Assembly (NCBI RefSeq): GCF_018977255.1
Contig: NW_024704742.1
Span: forward strand, 129,086,001-129,150,000
Source of the DNA: Callorhinchus milii
Taxonomy: Eukaryota
Reading direction: 5' to 3'
DNA: 64,000 bases
This document shows positions 10,868 to 22,757 of the stretch, piece after piece. The notes under the pieces were generated by a model. The model searched no databases, was not told the origin of the DNA, and saw only the letters and a list, made by a program, of their open reading frames with translations. Within the stretch, counting starts at the first letter, position 1, and each line of letters starts with the position of its first letter. The position numbers were made by a program, and so were the translations under genes.

Positions 10868-11922
10868 CATTAAGCAGCATGGTGGGAAGCTAGTGGAAAC
10901 TGGACAGAACTGGTGAGATGTGGGTACGGAGTTTGGTCCAGGTCAGTATGCAGGCAGCAGAGTTTTGAATGAGCTGGATTTTTTGAATTGTGGAGATGGG
11001 GAGATCGGCAAGGAATGCATATGAGTAATCCAGGCAGGAGGTGACAAAGACACACACGAGGGTTTCGGCTGCATTTAGTGTCAGGTACAGTTGAAGGTGG
11101 ACAACGTGGCGGAGGTGGAGGAAGGCAGTCCTGGTCAGTGACTGGATGTGGGGGAGGAAGGATAGCTGAGGGTCAAACCAGGTGCCTAGGTTGCGCACTG
11201 GTTCGGTGAGTCTGAGGGAGACCCTAGACAGGTTGAGGAGTTTAAATCTGCAGGAGTGAAGAAATTAATGGGAGCCAAGGAGTATGGCTTCCGTCTTGTC
11301 CACATTCAGCTGCAGGAAGTTTACACTCATCCAGGTCCCGATGTCTGCCAGACAAGCTGATAGAACATCGGTGGACCTGGAGTTGGTACTGGAGGAGACA
11401 AAGTAGATTGTGTTTCATCCGCATACATGTGGAAATTTACCCAGTGTCTGCGAATGACATTGCCCAGAGGGTGCACATGGATAAAGAAAAAAAGAGGGCC
11501 AAGGATGGAACCCTGGGGTACCCCGCTAATGTCTGGGCAGGGGCGGGAGGAACCATTTGCCGAGATGAAATGGAGATGGTTGGTTAAGTAGTACTCGAAC
11601 CATGAAAGTCACTAAGGTGAATGAGGGAGAAGAGGCGGTGGAGGAGGATGACATGGTCGACTCTGTTGAACACGGAAGAGAGAACGAGAAGGACGAGGAG
11701 GCAGAGGGAACCCCAGTCATAGAGAGAATGTTGTTTGTGACTTTGACGTGCGCTGTCTCTGTGTTGTGTGCAGGGTGAAAACCAGACTGCAGGGATTCGA
11801 GGAGGGAATGGAAGGAGAGGTGTGACTGAAGTTGACCTGCAACAATACGTTCAAGGACTTTGGCAAGGAAGGTAGGTTGGAGATGGGATGGTAGTATGAG
11901 AGATTGGAGGGATCAAAGGTGA
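10868..11922 (-). mobile_element. Older L2 LINE fragment spanning the RT domain (frameshifted)
   Basis: Minus strand encodes FHMYADET, GVPQGSILGP and RNLGTWFDPQLSFLPHIQSLTRTAFLHLRH...IQNSAACILT. Confidence 0.9.
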
Positions 11923-12049
11923 TGTCTCAAAGCGCTTCACAGAATATACTGTAAAGTGAATTGATTGTATATTTTGGATTTAAGCGCACTGAGATGCTAT
12001 CCTGCATGTAAGGCGCTATATAAGTGCAAGTTGTTGTTGTATTTTGTTG

Positions 12050-12330
12050 GTGAAATCATCATTAAGAGAAGCAAGACAAGAGGACATAGGCTTCAGGCTT
12101 GTGAAGGAAAAATGCTTGGACACACAGCAGGAAGTATTTCTTTGCACAGAGGGCATTCAACAGCTGTAATGGGTTGATAATCAGCAGGAAGAGTGATTGA
12201 AGCTAGGGCACTGGACTCATTTAAGAAATAACTTGATGCTGTAGTGGAAAGACAATAGGTTGATATTCTGGAAGGATGAAATCAAATGGGCTGAAAGACT
12301 TTCTTCATCTGAACTTCTTTTGTGATCTTC
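12050..12330 (+). mobile_element. CR1-clade LINE 3' fragment
   Basis: TRGHRL motif (acaagaggacataggctt), ggactcatttaagaaataacttgatg, gggctgaaagactttcttcatc tail. Confidence 0.7.
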
Positions 12331-13419
12331 TAAATTTTTAGAGTTGATTTTCATTTTTTCAATGTCAAAAAGAGTGAATAACTAAGTAAAATCACCTTGA
12401 TTTAAACTACGACCTAGTCTCACAAGGTCTGGATAGAAACAACATTCCTGAAGCTAAAGAATCCTACTGTGTGCAGACAGCTAGGTCTCTTGTTTTACAT
12501 TATTCCTGAAGACAGGCTTAAGAGTCTTATTTATGCGACAGTCATAATACCTGCTACAGCAGACAGTGCATATCTAAAAAGAGGTCAATACATCTGGAAC
12601 ACAGCTGCTTATATATCAAATTCTCTCTATAACAAAGAATTTTGCCGTAAACACCAAATACATGGCATACCATATAAAACGTTGCCATGGTTGTGTTTTG
12701 TATCCACACTCCAGCCACACATTCTGCAAGTCAAAGGTTAATGAGCTTTGTTGATGTGGTACTCAACATTGCATAGATGAGATGTTTGTATCTGTCTTTA
12801 ATTTACTAATGCATGTCCAGTTCTACATTTCAATTGCTTATTGGCATGAGGCTGAATGAGAACAAAGCTTTACTTTGGTGATAAAGTCCAGGCTTCATCT
12901 GTTCAGAAAATTGCTTTGATCAATAAAGGGAGCACTTTAATAATTGCATTCAGAATGTTTCATTAAGCAGACCCTGTGGATATCAAGATCAACCTGAAAT
13001 ATTGGTTGGAGTAATTTTATGTCCCCACCCTGTAAACTGGAAAACCCTCAACGAGAGGTTTCACATGCAGTTCTGGTTATGATTGTGATATAAGGAAATA
13101 TCTGTGTTACATCAACTAAAATAACTAGATGATCTTACAAAATGATCTATGTTCACCAACAAAACACACAGTAACTATACTTGACAGTAAATCCTGTAAA
13201 TACTTTGAGACGTTTTGAAGAAGAATTACCATCTACCATCCTTCCTGTTCATCCCTTCCAGCTGCTAAACATTATCTTCACAGCTCAAATGTATATTTGG
13301 CAGGTTTTGACTTTCAACCAACACATTATTTAATTTTCTTGAGAGAGAAATAGAATGAATGATTTGCTGTAGAATTGTTGAATGTTTATAGCACAGAAGG
13401 AGGCTCTATTGCGCAATAA

Positions 13420-13843
13420 GTGTCAGCCTGGCTTAATTGCCTCTGAGTCAGAAGACTCAAGTCTACATCAGGACTTGGAATTCACAGTTTTGGCAGTCTC
13501 TCTAGTACAGTGCTGCAGAATGCTGCATTCATTGAGGTGCAATCCTTTAGGTAAAATGTTAAACTGAGGTCCAATCAGTCTATTCAGGTGGATGTTAAAG
13601 ATCCCTGAGCACTATTCAAAAATAGAAGGTTGCTTCTCCCTGTCCTGGCCAGCAAACCCCAGATAAAATTGGTCATCCACCTCATAGTTCTTTATGAGAC
13701 ATTACTGTGTGCAATTTAGCTGCCTTGTTTATCCACAAATACACAGTCACTACACTTCACAGTAAAAAAAACTTGCGAAGCACTGTAAGAAATCTCGACG
13801 ACATGATAAGGTGCTATATCAAATGCAAGGATCATCATTATTA
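13420..13843 (+). mobile_element. Full-length Deu-domain-type SINE (family B; SacSINE1/AmnSINE-like body)
   Basis: gtgtcagcctggct...ctctgagtcagaag head; gttaaactgaggtcc...caggtggatgttaaagatccc body; L2-like tail gtgctatatcaaatgcaagg. Confidence 0.8.
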
Positions 13844-14072
13844 TCTAATCTGGGCCGTTGACAGCTCCTCAAGGGAAATATCTAAGTCATGCGTTTCAAA
13901 CACAAAAGTGAACCACAATATTTACATCAAATACAAATGCTACAATGTCAATGTTAATTCTCGATTAAGTAAATCCACCTTAAATAGATTATTTATTAGG
14001 ACGAAATGTCCAAGCGCTATTGCAAGTAATGTATAGTATATATTGGTACAATAGTATGGTTGAAAATGTACA

Positions 14073-14245
14073 CAATAATAATAATAATCCTTGCATTTGA
14101 TATAGCGGCGTATCATGTTTTTTAGACATCTCAAAGCGCTTCACAGAATATACTGTAAAGTGAATTGTATTTTGTGGGCGAAATGTGTCAGTAAATTGTG
14201 TGCCTCAGTGTCCCACAAGCAGTATTGGATTGAAGTGGCCAATTT
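14073..14245 (-). mobile_element. SINE 3' module (family A/B tail)
   Basis: (aat)n ccttgcatttgatatagcg...aaagcgcttcacagaatatactgtaaagtgaattg. Confidence 0.8.
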
Positions 14246-14324
14246 TTGGGGGGGATTTTTTATCCACTTGAGGGACACAGGAGGTTTCCTAAAGCTGCCA
14301 ACGGCATGGATACAATACAATATA

Positions 14325-14590
14325 AATTACTACACCACAAAAATTATATTTATATTTCACCTTTCGTGTCAGGAGGATATCCCAAGGCATTTAACAGTTA
14401 TGGTTTGTTACCTGAGCTGGGGGTGAGAACTGACCAGTGTGGGGAGGGGAAAAATGACCAAAAGCGGGATCAAAGAGGTAAATCTTGAGACTAACTATGA
14501 TCGAGGTGAGAGAGGGAGTGAGTCGGAGGGAATCCAGGATGAAGTTCCAGAGACTGGAGGCAGATAGGCTGAAAGCCAAGCCACCAATTT
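14325..14590 (-). mobile_element. Old L2 3' fragment
   Basis: tttcgtgtcaggaggatatcccaagg hairpin; encodes AFSLSASSLWN...LKIYLFD. Confidence 0.75.
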
Positions 14591-14939
14591 GGCTTGAATC
14601 CAGTTATTCTATATCTTGACTTTCAGAAAAAAATTCATAAAACTACTCACAGGAGATTTATAGCTGAAATGAGAGTTCATGAGATCGTAATGGAACGTGA
14701 TTTGGATTATTATTTGAGTAGATAATAGAATATTGAGGAGAAAGATAGTTGGAAAATGTCATATTTAGTTGCTGTGAGTTATGTAATACTCCACAGATTG
14801 GCTCGTAAAATGTATAGCGGTCTTGATGATGGTAATCAAAGTGTAAAATGTGCTTGTGGATAGTGCATAATAGATAGTGCAAAGATAGCATATATTGTAT
14901 CAGAAATATTATCCAGACAAATACAGTCTCTGAAAAATA

Positions 14940-15200
14940 GTAGATGGATAACAGTGTTGGGGGCAGCGAACATAGAGCTAGTCAAAGCTGGCAGAGTGGA
15001 GGGAGTGGGCAAAGGAGGAGGACTACAGGAGATTACAGAGGTATAGATAAGGTAAGGGTGTGGGTCATTTGAAAGTTAGAACAAGGATCTTAAAGTTCAG
15101 TGTGATACGTGATAGGTAGCTAGTGGAGCCTGATGAGGGCACGTTGATGGGCTCGCAGAGCATGGTACAGCAAAGGATACAGACTGCAGATTGGATTGGG
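14940..15200 (-). mobile_element. Old L2 ORF2 C-terminal fragment
   Basis: acaaggatcttaaagtt...tagtggagcc matches the LHWLP...FKIL region. Confidence 0.55.
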
Positions 15201-15859
15201 TCTGAAATCAATGAATTATGAAGACAATAGGGAAGAAGTGGCTGGGCTCATTGGAAAAACAGGGAATGCACGTCACAGATTCCTCGGGTGGAATGACCCT
15301 GAAGATTGACGTGATGAATTCTTTTAACCTTTTCCCTGTTCTCCATAACACTTCGTCCTCAAAGGACCTATTTTTTACTTTCCCCCTGTCAGACAGGCAG
15401 CTAAACCATTGCTGTGAATCAGTTTTGCCGCTGTCTACTATTCACTCAGCATTCCATTTGCTTGTGAGGTCGCTGCGAGTATTTTGCAAACCGTGCAAAT
15501 TCCACATATAAACACATTTTCAAATAGGCCAAGTCTTATATGTTGACATACATTTGAAAAGGTCACACTGTTTTTTACCGCCGTAACCTTTATTTCTCGC
15601 AACAGTCTGTACTTGAAAAAGTTCACATAGTCAACTTTATGTTGTTATAGATGCAGTTCCTGAGCGGGAGGTGCAAATTATCCTATTGCAAAGCATCAGT
15701 ATTCAGAGCATCAGGAAAGATGGACTTGTTGAGGCTGTTTCCTGTTTACATGCAGAATAAAAATTCTCCTGTTTTTTGCCAAACTGAGCTCCAGATGTTT
15801 GCAGCTTTTTGTGATGGTTATGAACTGCTTTTTAAGTTACTGACAATAATGCAGTAATG

Positions 15860-16140
15860 TCAATAATAACTCATGCCTTTGATATAGCGCCGTATCCCAT
15901 TGAAACATCTCAAAGAGCTTCACAAGATTTACTATAAAGTACAATGGCTGTATAGTTCGTAGGTGAACGCAGTGATCAATTTGCTATTTTTTTAAATCTG
16001 GGGAATGGTGACCAGGACACTAGAGAAACTCCCTTCTCTTTTTGGAATAGTGTCTTGGGATCTTGAACATCCACCTGAACAGGCTGAGGGGGCCTTAGTT
16101 TAACATCTCATCTAATGAGTGGCATGTTTAACAATACATG
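15860..16140 (-). mobile_element. Deu-type SINE (family B) fragment
   Basis: ccaggacactagagaaactccc...gggatcttgaacatccacctgaacagg...gtttaacatctcatc. Confidence 0.7.
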
Positions 16141-16246
16141 TTAGAAAGTGAGAGCAGAGAATAGACCCTGGGCTGATGACTGATAAAACACAGCAAAAGC
16201 TTAAAAACTGGAGAGTTAAATAGGAAAAGGCAGGCAAAGGCAGGAT

Positions 16247-16362
16247 GGGTAAAGCAGATGGACGGGTAAAACAACCAGATAGGTAAACAGGAGGCAAGGT
16301 AAAACAGGAGACCAGGTAAAACAGGAAGAAGGTAAAACAGTAGGAAAGGTAAAACAACTGGA
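16247..16362 (+). repeat. Minisatellite, ~7 imperfect units of ~17 bp (core GGTAAAACAG)
   Basis: ggtaaa(a)ca recurs at ~16-18-bp spacing. Confidence 0.8.
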
Positions 16363-16532
16363 CAGCTGAGGAAAGAGCAAGGTGGCTGAAAGTGGGGTCA
16401 AAAAGAAAGGTCTTCAGGCAGGTTTTAATGATGGGGAGAGAGGGTGCGAGGAGGAAAAATTTCAGGATGGAGTTCCAGAGTTCAGAGGCAGAATGGCTCA
16501 CCCATTGTGGAGCAGATACCTGGGAGACAGAT

Positions 16533-16850
16533 AGTAATAATCCTTGCATTTGATATAGCGCCTTAGCACGTCTTTGAGACGTCTCAAAGCGCTTCACAGA
16601 ATGTACTGTAAAGTGAATTGATAGTATATTTTGTGGGTGAAATATGGCAGCCAATTGTGCACAGTAGTGTCTCACAAACAGTAGCGGATTGAGTGACCAA
16701 ATTATTATTTTTTAAAAAATAAAAAATCTGAAGAGATTATTGCCCCCTAAAAAGCGATCCACCAATAGACTAACAACGGGGTTCCTACTTACTACTAGGC
16801 AAACAGAGGTGTGTGGAGTAATAAAACTTGCCTAACATTTAGCCCTGCCT
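16533..16850 (-). mobile_element. SINE family A, long subfamily, head truncated
   Basis: Contains the ggttcctacttactactaggcaaacagagg segment and the standard tail. Confidence 0.85.
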
Positions 16851-16880
16851 GACGTGAAGCAGGCCGGTGTTTGCTGAGCA

Positions 16881-17097
16881 ACAACAACAACAACAAGATT
16901 CCATTTATAGAGCGCCTTTCACGTCAGGAGGACGTCCCAAGGCGCTGCACAGTTGGGTCATGACCCGAGCAGGGGGGAAATGGTCAGGGTGAGGGGAGGG
17001 AAGGGAGGGAGAGAGGAGGGGGGAAATGGTCAGGGTGAGGGGAGGGAAGGGAGGGAGCGAGGAGGAGGAAGAGAGTTGAGAGGGGAGAGGGGAGAGG
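16881..17097 (-). mobile_element. Young L2, severely 5'-truncated (3' UTR only)
   Basis: Near-identical to 27110-27320 including the tandem G-rich unit and (CAA)n tail. Confidence 0.92.
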
Positions 17098-17667
17098 GAG
17101 CAGAGAGAACGATTGGGGCAGAGGGGTGCAGGAGAGGCAAAGTCAGATGAAGTGAAGGTGAGCAAGCTCTGCATTCATTAATGCTTGCAATACTTCAGTC
17201 AAGAAGCAACACTAAAGAAATGCAAGTTTACGTTTCCTGCAGCTTTGCTTTAAATAGAGTGATTTACAAAATGAATAATAACCCAAGAAAAATATCAAAT
17301 TCAGATGTGTAAGCAGTGAATTTTAATGTCACACAGAGGTGCTTTGCTAGGGATCAATTAAGACCGACCCGTTTTACCTCACTAGCATAGAGTGTAGTAA
17401 GTGTTAACTTTGCTTAAACAGAGGCCAGATATGAATGTACTCCCCGCAGCAAAATCAATCTCAAATGTGAGGCTTAACAAGATCCAGAGCCCTTTAGTGT
17501 GGGTTATGTTAGACTGCTGCTCAACAATACATCTGATATATAAACCAGAAGTCCTCGCCCCACGCAACAATAATGTGGCCATTTTCTGTCAACCAATCTT
17601 TGCATTAGTCTAGAACCTTATCAGGTCAATGAGATGCATCAAAGTGTTTCACAGTGTTCAATGTACA

Positions 17668-18108
17668 GTAATAATAATCCTTATATTTAATACAGTGTAT
17701 TTTACATCTGGAGGATGTATCAAAGCACTTCACAAGAAATACTGTGAAGTGTGTATCTTGTAGGCAAAAGTTTAGTGACTGTATTTTGTAGACAAACAAC
17801 AACAACCACTGCAATACTGCACAAATAGGCAGAAGTTAATGACCAATTTTATTTGCGGACATTTTGGCCAGGACACTGGAAGAAATTCCCTTGTCTTTTC
17901 AAATAGTATCAAGGGATCTTTACCATCCATCTGAACAGGCAGACAGGACCTCAGTTTGAGAACTCATCGGAAAGATGGCATCTCTGACAACGCAGTGCTC
18001 CTTTGGCACTGCACTGGAACGTCAGCCTAGACTGAACTCAATGTAGGGCTTGAATCCACAACCTTCTGACTCAGAAGCGAGAGTGCTATCAACTGAGCCA
18101 GGCTGACA
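17668..18108 (-). mobile_element. Full-length Deu-type SINE (family B)
   Basis: Reverse complement: gtcagcctggctcagttgatagcactctcgcttctgagtcagaaggttgtggattcaagccc head, Deu-type body, tail. Confidence 0.85.
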
Positions 18109-18695
18109 TGGATAATGGGCAAAGTTTCTGGCAAAACTATGCAACTAAATTGTGGTGTCCCTTTAGTGCAAAATGCAAAAACAAAATTGCTTTCGATATT
18201 GCGTATTAGCTAAACATCAGTTAAAATATGTGAATTTTTGTGCCAGATTTATTGTGCTACAGCATGGTTTTCCATAACTGCCTCGACATTTATGTGCTGT
18301 TAACTGAGGCCACAAGTTAATCATTATTCAAGCTATAGCGATGGAATGCTAAATAGTAGATAACGTTCCTTCAAATGTAAAGATACCTAGAATTTATGTT
18401 AGAAAAGTCGGAGATGCTTTCAGTTGGCTGTCGTGCACCTCTTCTTTGTTTTTATGGTTTTAACTCACAAGCTCTGTGGGGACTGACTCATTGCCTGCCC
18501 TGCGTGGCTCCTCCACTGCCTGAGACTCGATTCAACCCTGATTCATTTTATTTCAGTTTTTTTACTTACATTTTCTTTTCAAGGTTTGCCGCTGGAGACA
18601 CAGCCCAGACTGAGCTCAAAATCCCGACTTGCGGCTTAAATCCACAACGTTCTAACCCAGAAGCGAGAGTGTGATCAACTGAGCCAAGCTGACAC

Positions 18696-19170
18696 TTTTT
18701 TTTGGTCAGCCCCATACTGAAACCCACCAAAAACCAAGCTGAGAATTTCATGTATCCCACCTACATATGGAAATCCCAGAGATAGATTGTTGGAATAGAA
18801 TGCAACTCTCTCCCTGAAGGGACCCATCCTGCTTTACCTAATTCAGGAAAGTATTAAGCACAGGTTGGCAAGCGTTTGGAGCGTCACAGTAGGCGTTGGG
18901 AGTACTGCTGGAGTCTAACCAGCTAAAACCGCATAGCTTGCAATTGATATCGCAGTCTGGCAAGCTTTCCCACTGCTTGACCACCCTACCAGTTAGGACT
19001 TTGGCTTGTAGGGTTAACAAGAGCTGAGTGGGATGACTCCCTGCTCCCAGTGACTGGTCTGCCCTTCTAAATCCTGCCGATGAGCCAGGCTGGCTGTGCT
19101 GTCATCAGCAGTACCCTGGAATACTGCCGACCCACCTGGCTCAGGAACTAGACTAGCGAGACCACCACAG
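18696..19170 (-). repeat. Family C repeat, long copy
   Basis: Collinear with the reverse complement of 56820-57275 over ~450 bp. Confidence 0.85.
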
Positions 19171-19279
19171 AGGGCTGGCTCAATTTCGATATTGCGTGGC
19201 CAAGCATGTCAACTTGGAGCCAGTTCAGCTCCAAGGAGACCCCGCTTACCTTCCCCCCCTCCCCCCACCCAAGGAGAAG

Positions 19280-19455
19280 ATACACAAGGATGTAAACTGA
19301 CAGACACACACATTCACTCCCAAACGTGCATCCAAACATATGTACACATTTCATGCACATATACGTTCACAGAAACAAAAATACACAGATACACATTCAC
19401 AGACATTCCCATTTATAAAAAGGCATTCACATTACCTGAAAAAGAGACACACTCT
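19280..19455. repeat. Degenerate (CA)-rich simple repeat
   Basis: acacacacattcac...atacacagatacacattcacagac. Confidence 0.6.
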
Positions 19456-20359
19456 ATTTCCATTGCTTCAAATCCAGTTACTACAGTCACCGGCCTCACT
19501 GTTTAAAAAGTGCAAAGTTGAAACAGTAGAAGCCTTTTCTTGAATTTGTTCTTTTTTTAAAAAAAGAACACTTTGCGAACAATCCTCAGGGTCTCGTTCA
19601 AACAGCAACAATCCTGCAAAATTTGGCAGTAAGTCCAGATTCAGAGCAAAGCACTAAGGAGATGTCAAATTAATTTTAAAAGCATTATTTCTTTCGCTGG
19701 AGCAGCAATCTTGCAATGTTTATTTCTGGAATATTTTACACAGAGGAGGACAATGTAATTGATTCAAATCTTGAGTTTCTGTTGACACATGCTCAATTAT
19801 GAAGTTACACCCCTTGTATTGTTGTATATTTACATTGAAACGTTTAAAAAATTGCAAAATTCTTCACTGTTTATTCTTCAGAAAACAAATCCAAGTTCCT
19901 GCTTACCTCACATTACGGCTCATTTAGAGCCAATATCCACATGTGTCATTTCGGTAGAGCCCACACCCCCAATTTGTTGATTTCTCTCTTGACCACAACT
20001 CAGGCATTCAACAAAAGTAGGGTGAAAAGTTATAAATTACACAACTCGAGACTGTTTTGTAAGGATTTAGAGCCATTAGAAAAAAATGTTGTAAACTTCT
20101 TTCAGTCAATTGTGCTGACTGAACAAAGTGTTAAGAAATGTTATTCTGTGCTATATAAATGCATATTGTTGTTAAACCCAGATAATATGGTGAGTAGATT
20201 TCGTTTTTGTCATGGAAACTCATCACCATACTAAAAAGTATTCAAACCCAACTATTGAAGGTTCCACACACTCATGAAAATTTCCTAGTCATCTAGGAAT
20301 TCAGTAGGCACTCTCTCCTCGGAACGACATAATCTGTTCACCTAATCCCGGGAAGCACT

Positions 20360-20545
20360 ATGAGGTGTGGGTTGGCAAGATGACCAAGGATGTGGTCAAA
20401 GAGGAAGACCTTGAGACGGACCTTGAAGAAGGTGAGGAAAGGTGCAAGGCAAAGGGCCTCTGGAATAGAGTTCCAGACAGTGGGGGCAGAAGCACTGAAG
20501 ACGCAACCACTTATGGTGTGGTGGGCAGGATGGGAGATGTGAGGC
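20360..20545 (-). mobile_element. Old L2 3' fragment between family C fragments (20235-20360 and 20560-20660)
   Basis: Encodes FSASAPTVWNSIPEALCLAPFLTFFKVRLKVFLFD. Confidence 0.75.
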
Positions 20546-20692
20546 AGACCACTACTTCCTTGGAAGGGCAGACCAGTCACTGGCGGCAGGGAATTATTGC
20601 ACACAGCTCCTGTTAATGCTGCAAACCAAAGCTTGAATGGGTAGGGTGGTCCTATCTTGAGCACTCATTGATCAGTATATTGCAATACAGTA

Positions 20693-21025
20693 AATAATAA
20701 TAATAATAATAATAATAATCCTTGCATTTGATATAGCGCTTTTCACGTCGGGAGGACGTCCCAAAGCGCTTCACAGAACACACTGTAAAGTGAATTGACT
20801 GTATATTTGTGGGCGAATGTGGCAGCCAATTGCGCACAGCAATGTCCCACAAACAGTCGTAGATTGAAAATGACCAATTTAATTATTGTTTTTGGTTTTT
20901 TGGAGGGATTATTATTAGGCGTGTGGAGTAAGGAAACTTGCCCAAGGTTTCGCCCTGCCTGGAATTGAACTCAGGTCTCTCACTTGCAAAGCGAGTGCTC
21001 TAACCACTGAGCTACAGGACTCCAC
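20693..21025 (-). mobile_element. SINE family A, short subfamily, full length, little diverged, with LINE-identical hairpin loop
   Basis: Intact tRNA-like head with arm ctcgc-tttgcaa-gtgag (TGC, Ala-like); tail agcgctttgggacgtcctcccgacgtgaaaagcgct; long (ATT)n. Confidence 0.92.
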
Positions 21026-21964
21026 AATAGACAGTATAGAATATAACACCATCTCAAAGCGTTTGATGTTGCTGAACGGGCACTTGAGCTGGAGGAGGGG
21101 GCCGAGTGCGGTGGAGAGAGGAAAGATGATCGAAAGCATGGTCAAAGAAGTATATTTTGAGACATGCCTTGAACAAGGGGAGGGAGAGTGAAATACAATG
21201 ATACTGAAGGGATAAGAAGATTTTTTTGAGATAATAGTGAATTGGTAACAAAAAATGTTTGTAGTGCCAAAACCAAGCCTTGTGGAATACATAGGCAGAG
21301 GCAGTTACAATGCACTTGACTAGTATGCACAGCATATGTTGGCATCATGTTCAAACTAATTGGATTACACATACAAAACAGAGCAATTTTAGATGGCAAT
21401 TGCCACAATTATCTATATCATTAGCCAAGCAAAACACTGCCCTGCACAGGTCACAAGCAATGCAGCTTTACAATACGTTTTTCTCTGCAGTATACCGTGA
21501 CAATACCCATCTGGTGACAAAATGAATGACGTCTAGTTGCAACCAAGGGTATCTGTGCTATTTGTTCAGGGCCAACGCACACCCACAAAGACACAAAAAA
21601 AGCTTTATACTGTACAAATAAATGATGGTGGCTCCAAAGCTTCTGAGATATACTGTCTGGTGGACATGAGGACTTAATTTAGTTCTTACATCAAATTGAC
21701 CTTATATGGGTCAATTAGAATTATTGGAACAGGAGTGAGCATCTTCCTAGGGAGGAGGTAAGTGGGGTTCCTTCGGGGCTCAGTTGGCTCTGAGGTGGTA
21801 AAGGCAGATCGAATTGAGTCAGTCCTCTGTGCTGCTCTCAGCTCAGCAGTCTGATATCTGAGCCAGATGGGTCCGCAGTCACAATCCTTCTAAAAATTAC
21901 ATTTCAAAAATCGTCAATTGAAAAAAAGGCACCTTTTTTGCCAGCTGGAAGAAGGTGATTAGAC

Positions 21965-22355
21965 AACAATGAAAACAATGTGCATTTATATAGCGCTCGT
22001 CAAGGGGGTAGTGTATTGGAGCACTTAAAAGTCTTCAGGCGTGATATGAAAATGCGTAAGTGGCGTAGGGGGCAGGGAGAGCAAAATTGAGGGAAAGAGT
22101 TCCGCAATTTTGGGGTCATAGTGCCTGAAAGCATGGCGGTGATGATGGAGCGGAGGCGGCAGGTGGTGGAGTGGGGAGTAAGCAGATCAGAGAGGTTGGG
22201 AAGTGCCAGAGCATGAAGGGGCTTGTAGATGAGTGGGAGGATCTTGAAGTCAATCTGTTCTGTGATAGGGAGCCAGTGGAGACTGGAAAGGACGAGTGTG
22301 ATGGGGGTATGGAGTTTAGAGCGAGTGAGTATTTGGACGGCAGAGTTTGGAATTA
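21965..22355 (-). mobile_element. Old L2 3' fragment
   Basis: Encodes PNSAVQILTRSKLHTPITLVLSSLHWLPITEQIDFKILPLIYK. Confidence 0.85.
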
Positions 22356-22757
22356 GAATTACCTGGAACGAGGGAATCACTCCACTGGCAGTTATCAAAC
22401 TTTTTTAATTAACACAATGAATATTGAAAGGTCTGCAAATTTTACCACTACATTCTGGTTCCCAATGAAAGCATTGGACTTGGACTTCTGGAACATTGAA
22501 GTGGCTGGCACATCACAAGTTGTTCTGTACAGTGTTAAATGCAGATGTTTGTCAAATAGCTGATAAGGAAACTGATACATGGAACAGCTGCTGGAAGACT
22601 TTCTGGGTTTGTGGATACAGCCTCATCTTGCATCCAGGGTTTAGTATGCACCTTGACTGGTAGGCAGAGAGGTAAGTAGCTACTGTTCAAGCTCTGCACC
22701 TCCAACTGGTAGAAATACCACTCAAATAAATGCATGTCAGAGCCTGTGGACAGGAGG

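Noticed and set aside
15392..15750. Strong-looking acceptor (ttttttactttccccctgtcag) and nearby minus-strand ORF 15438-15626
   Set aside because: No good matching donor on +, stops in the candidate minus-strand exon frames, and no recognisable peptide.
20952..21021. tRNA-Ala-like cloverleaf, also in other family A heads
   Set aside because: Always fused to the SINE body and tail, with an imperfect acceptor/T arm and a variable anticodon among copies; a SINE head, not a tRNA gene.
21719..21757. 39-nt exon candidate ending gag|GTAAGT
   Set aside because: The acceptor lacks a polypyrimidine tract; isolated consensus donors are expected by chance in 64 kb.
22560..22671. 112-nt exon candidate ending gag|GTAAGT (LIRKLIHGTAAGRLSGFVDTASSCIQGLVCTLTGRQR)
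   Set aside because: Weak acceptor and unrecognised peptide; cannot be supported without RNA-seq.
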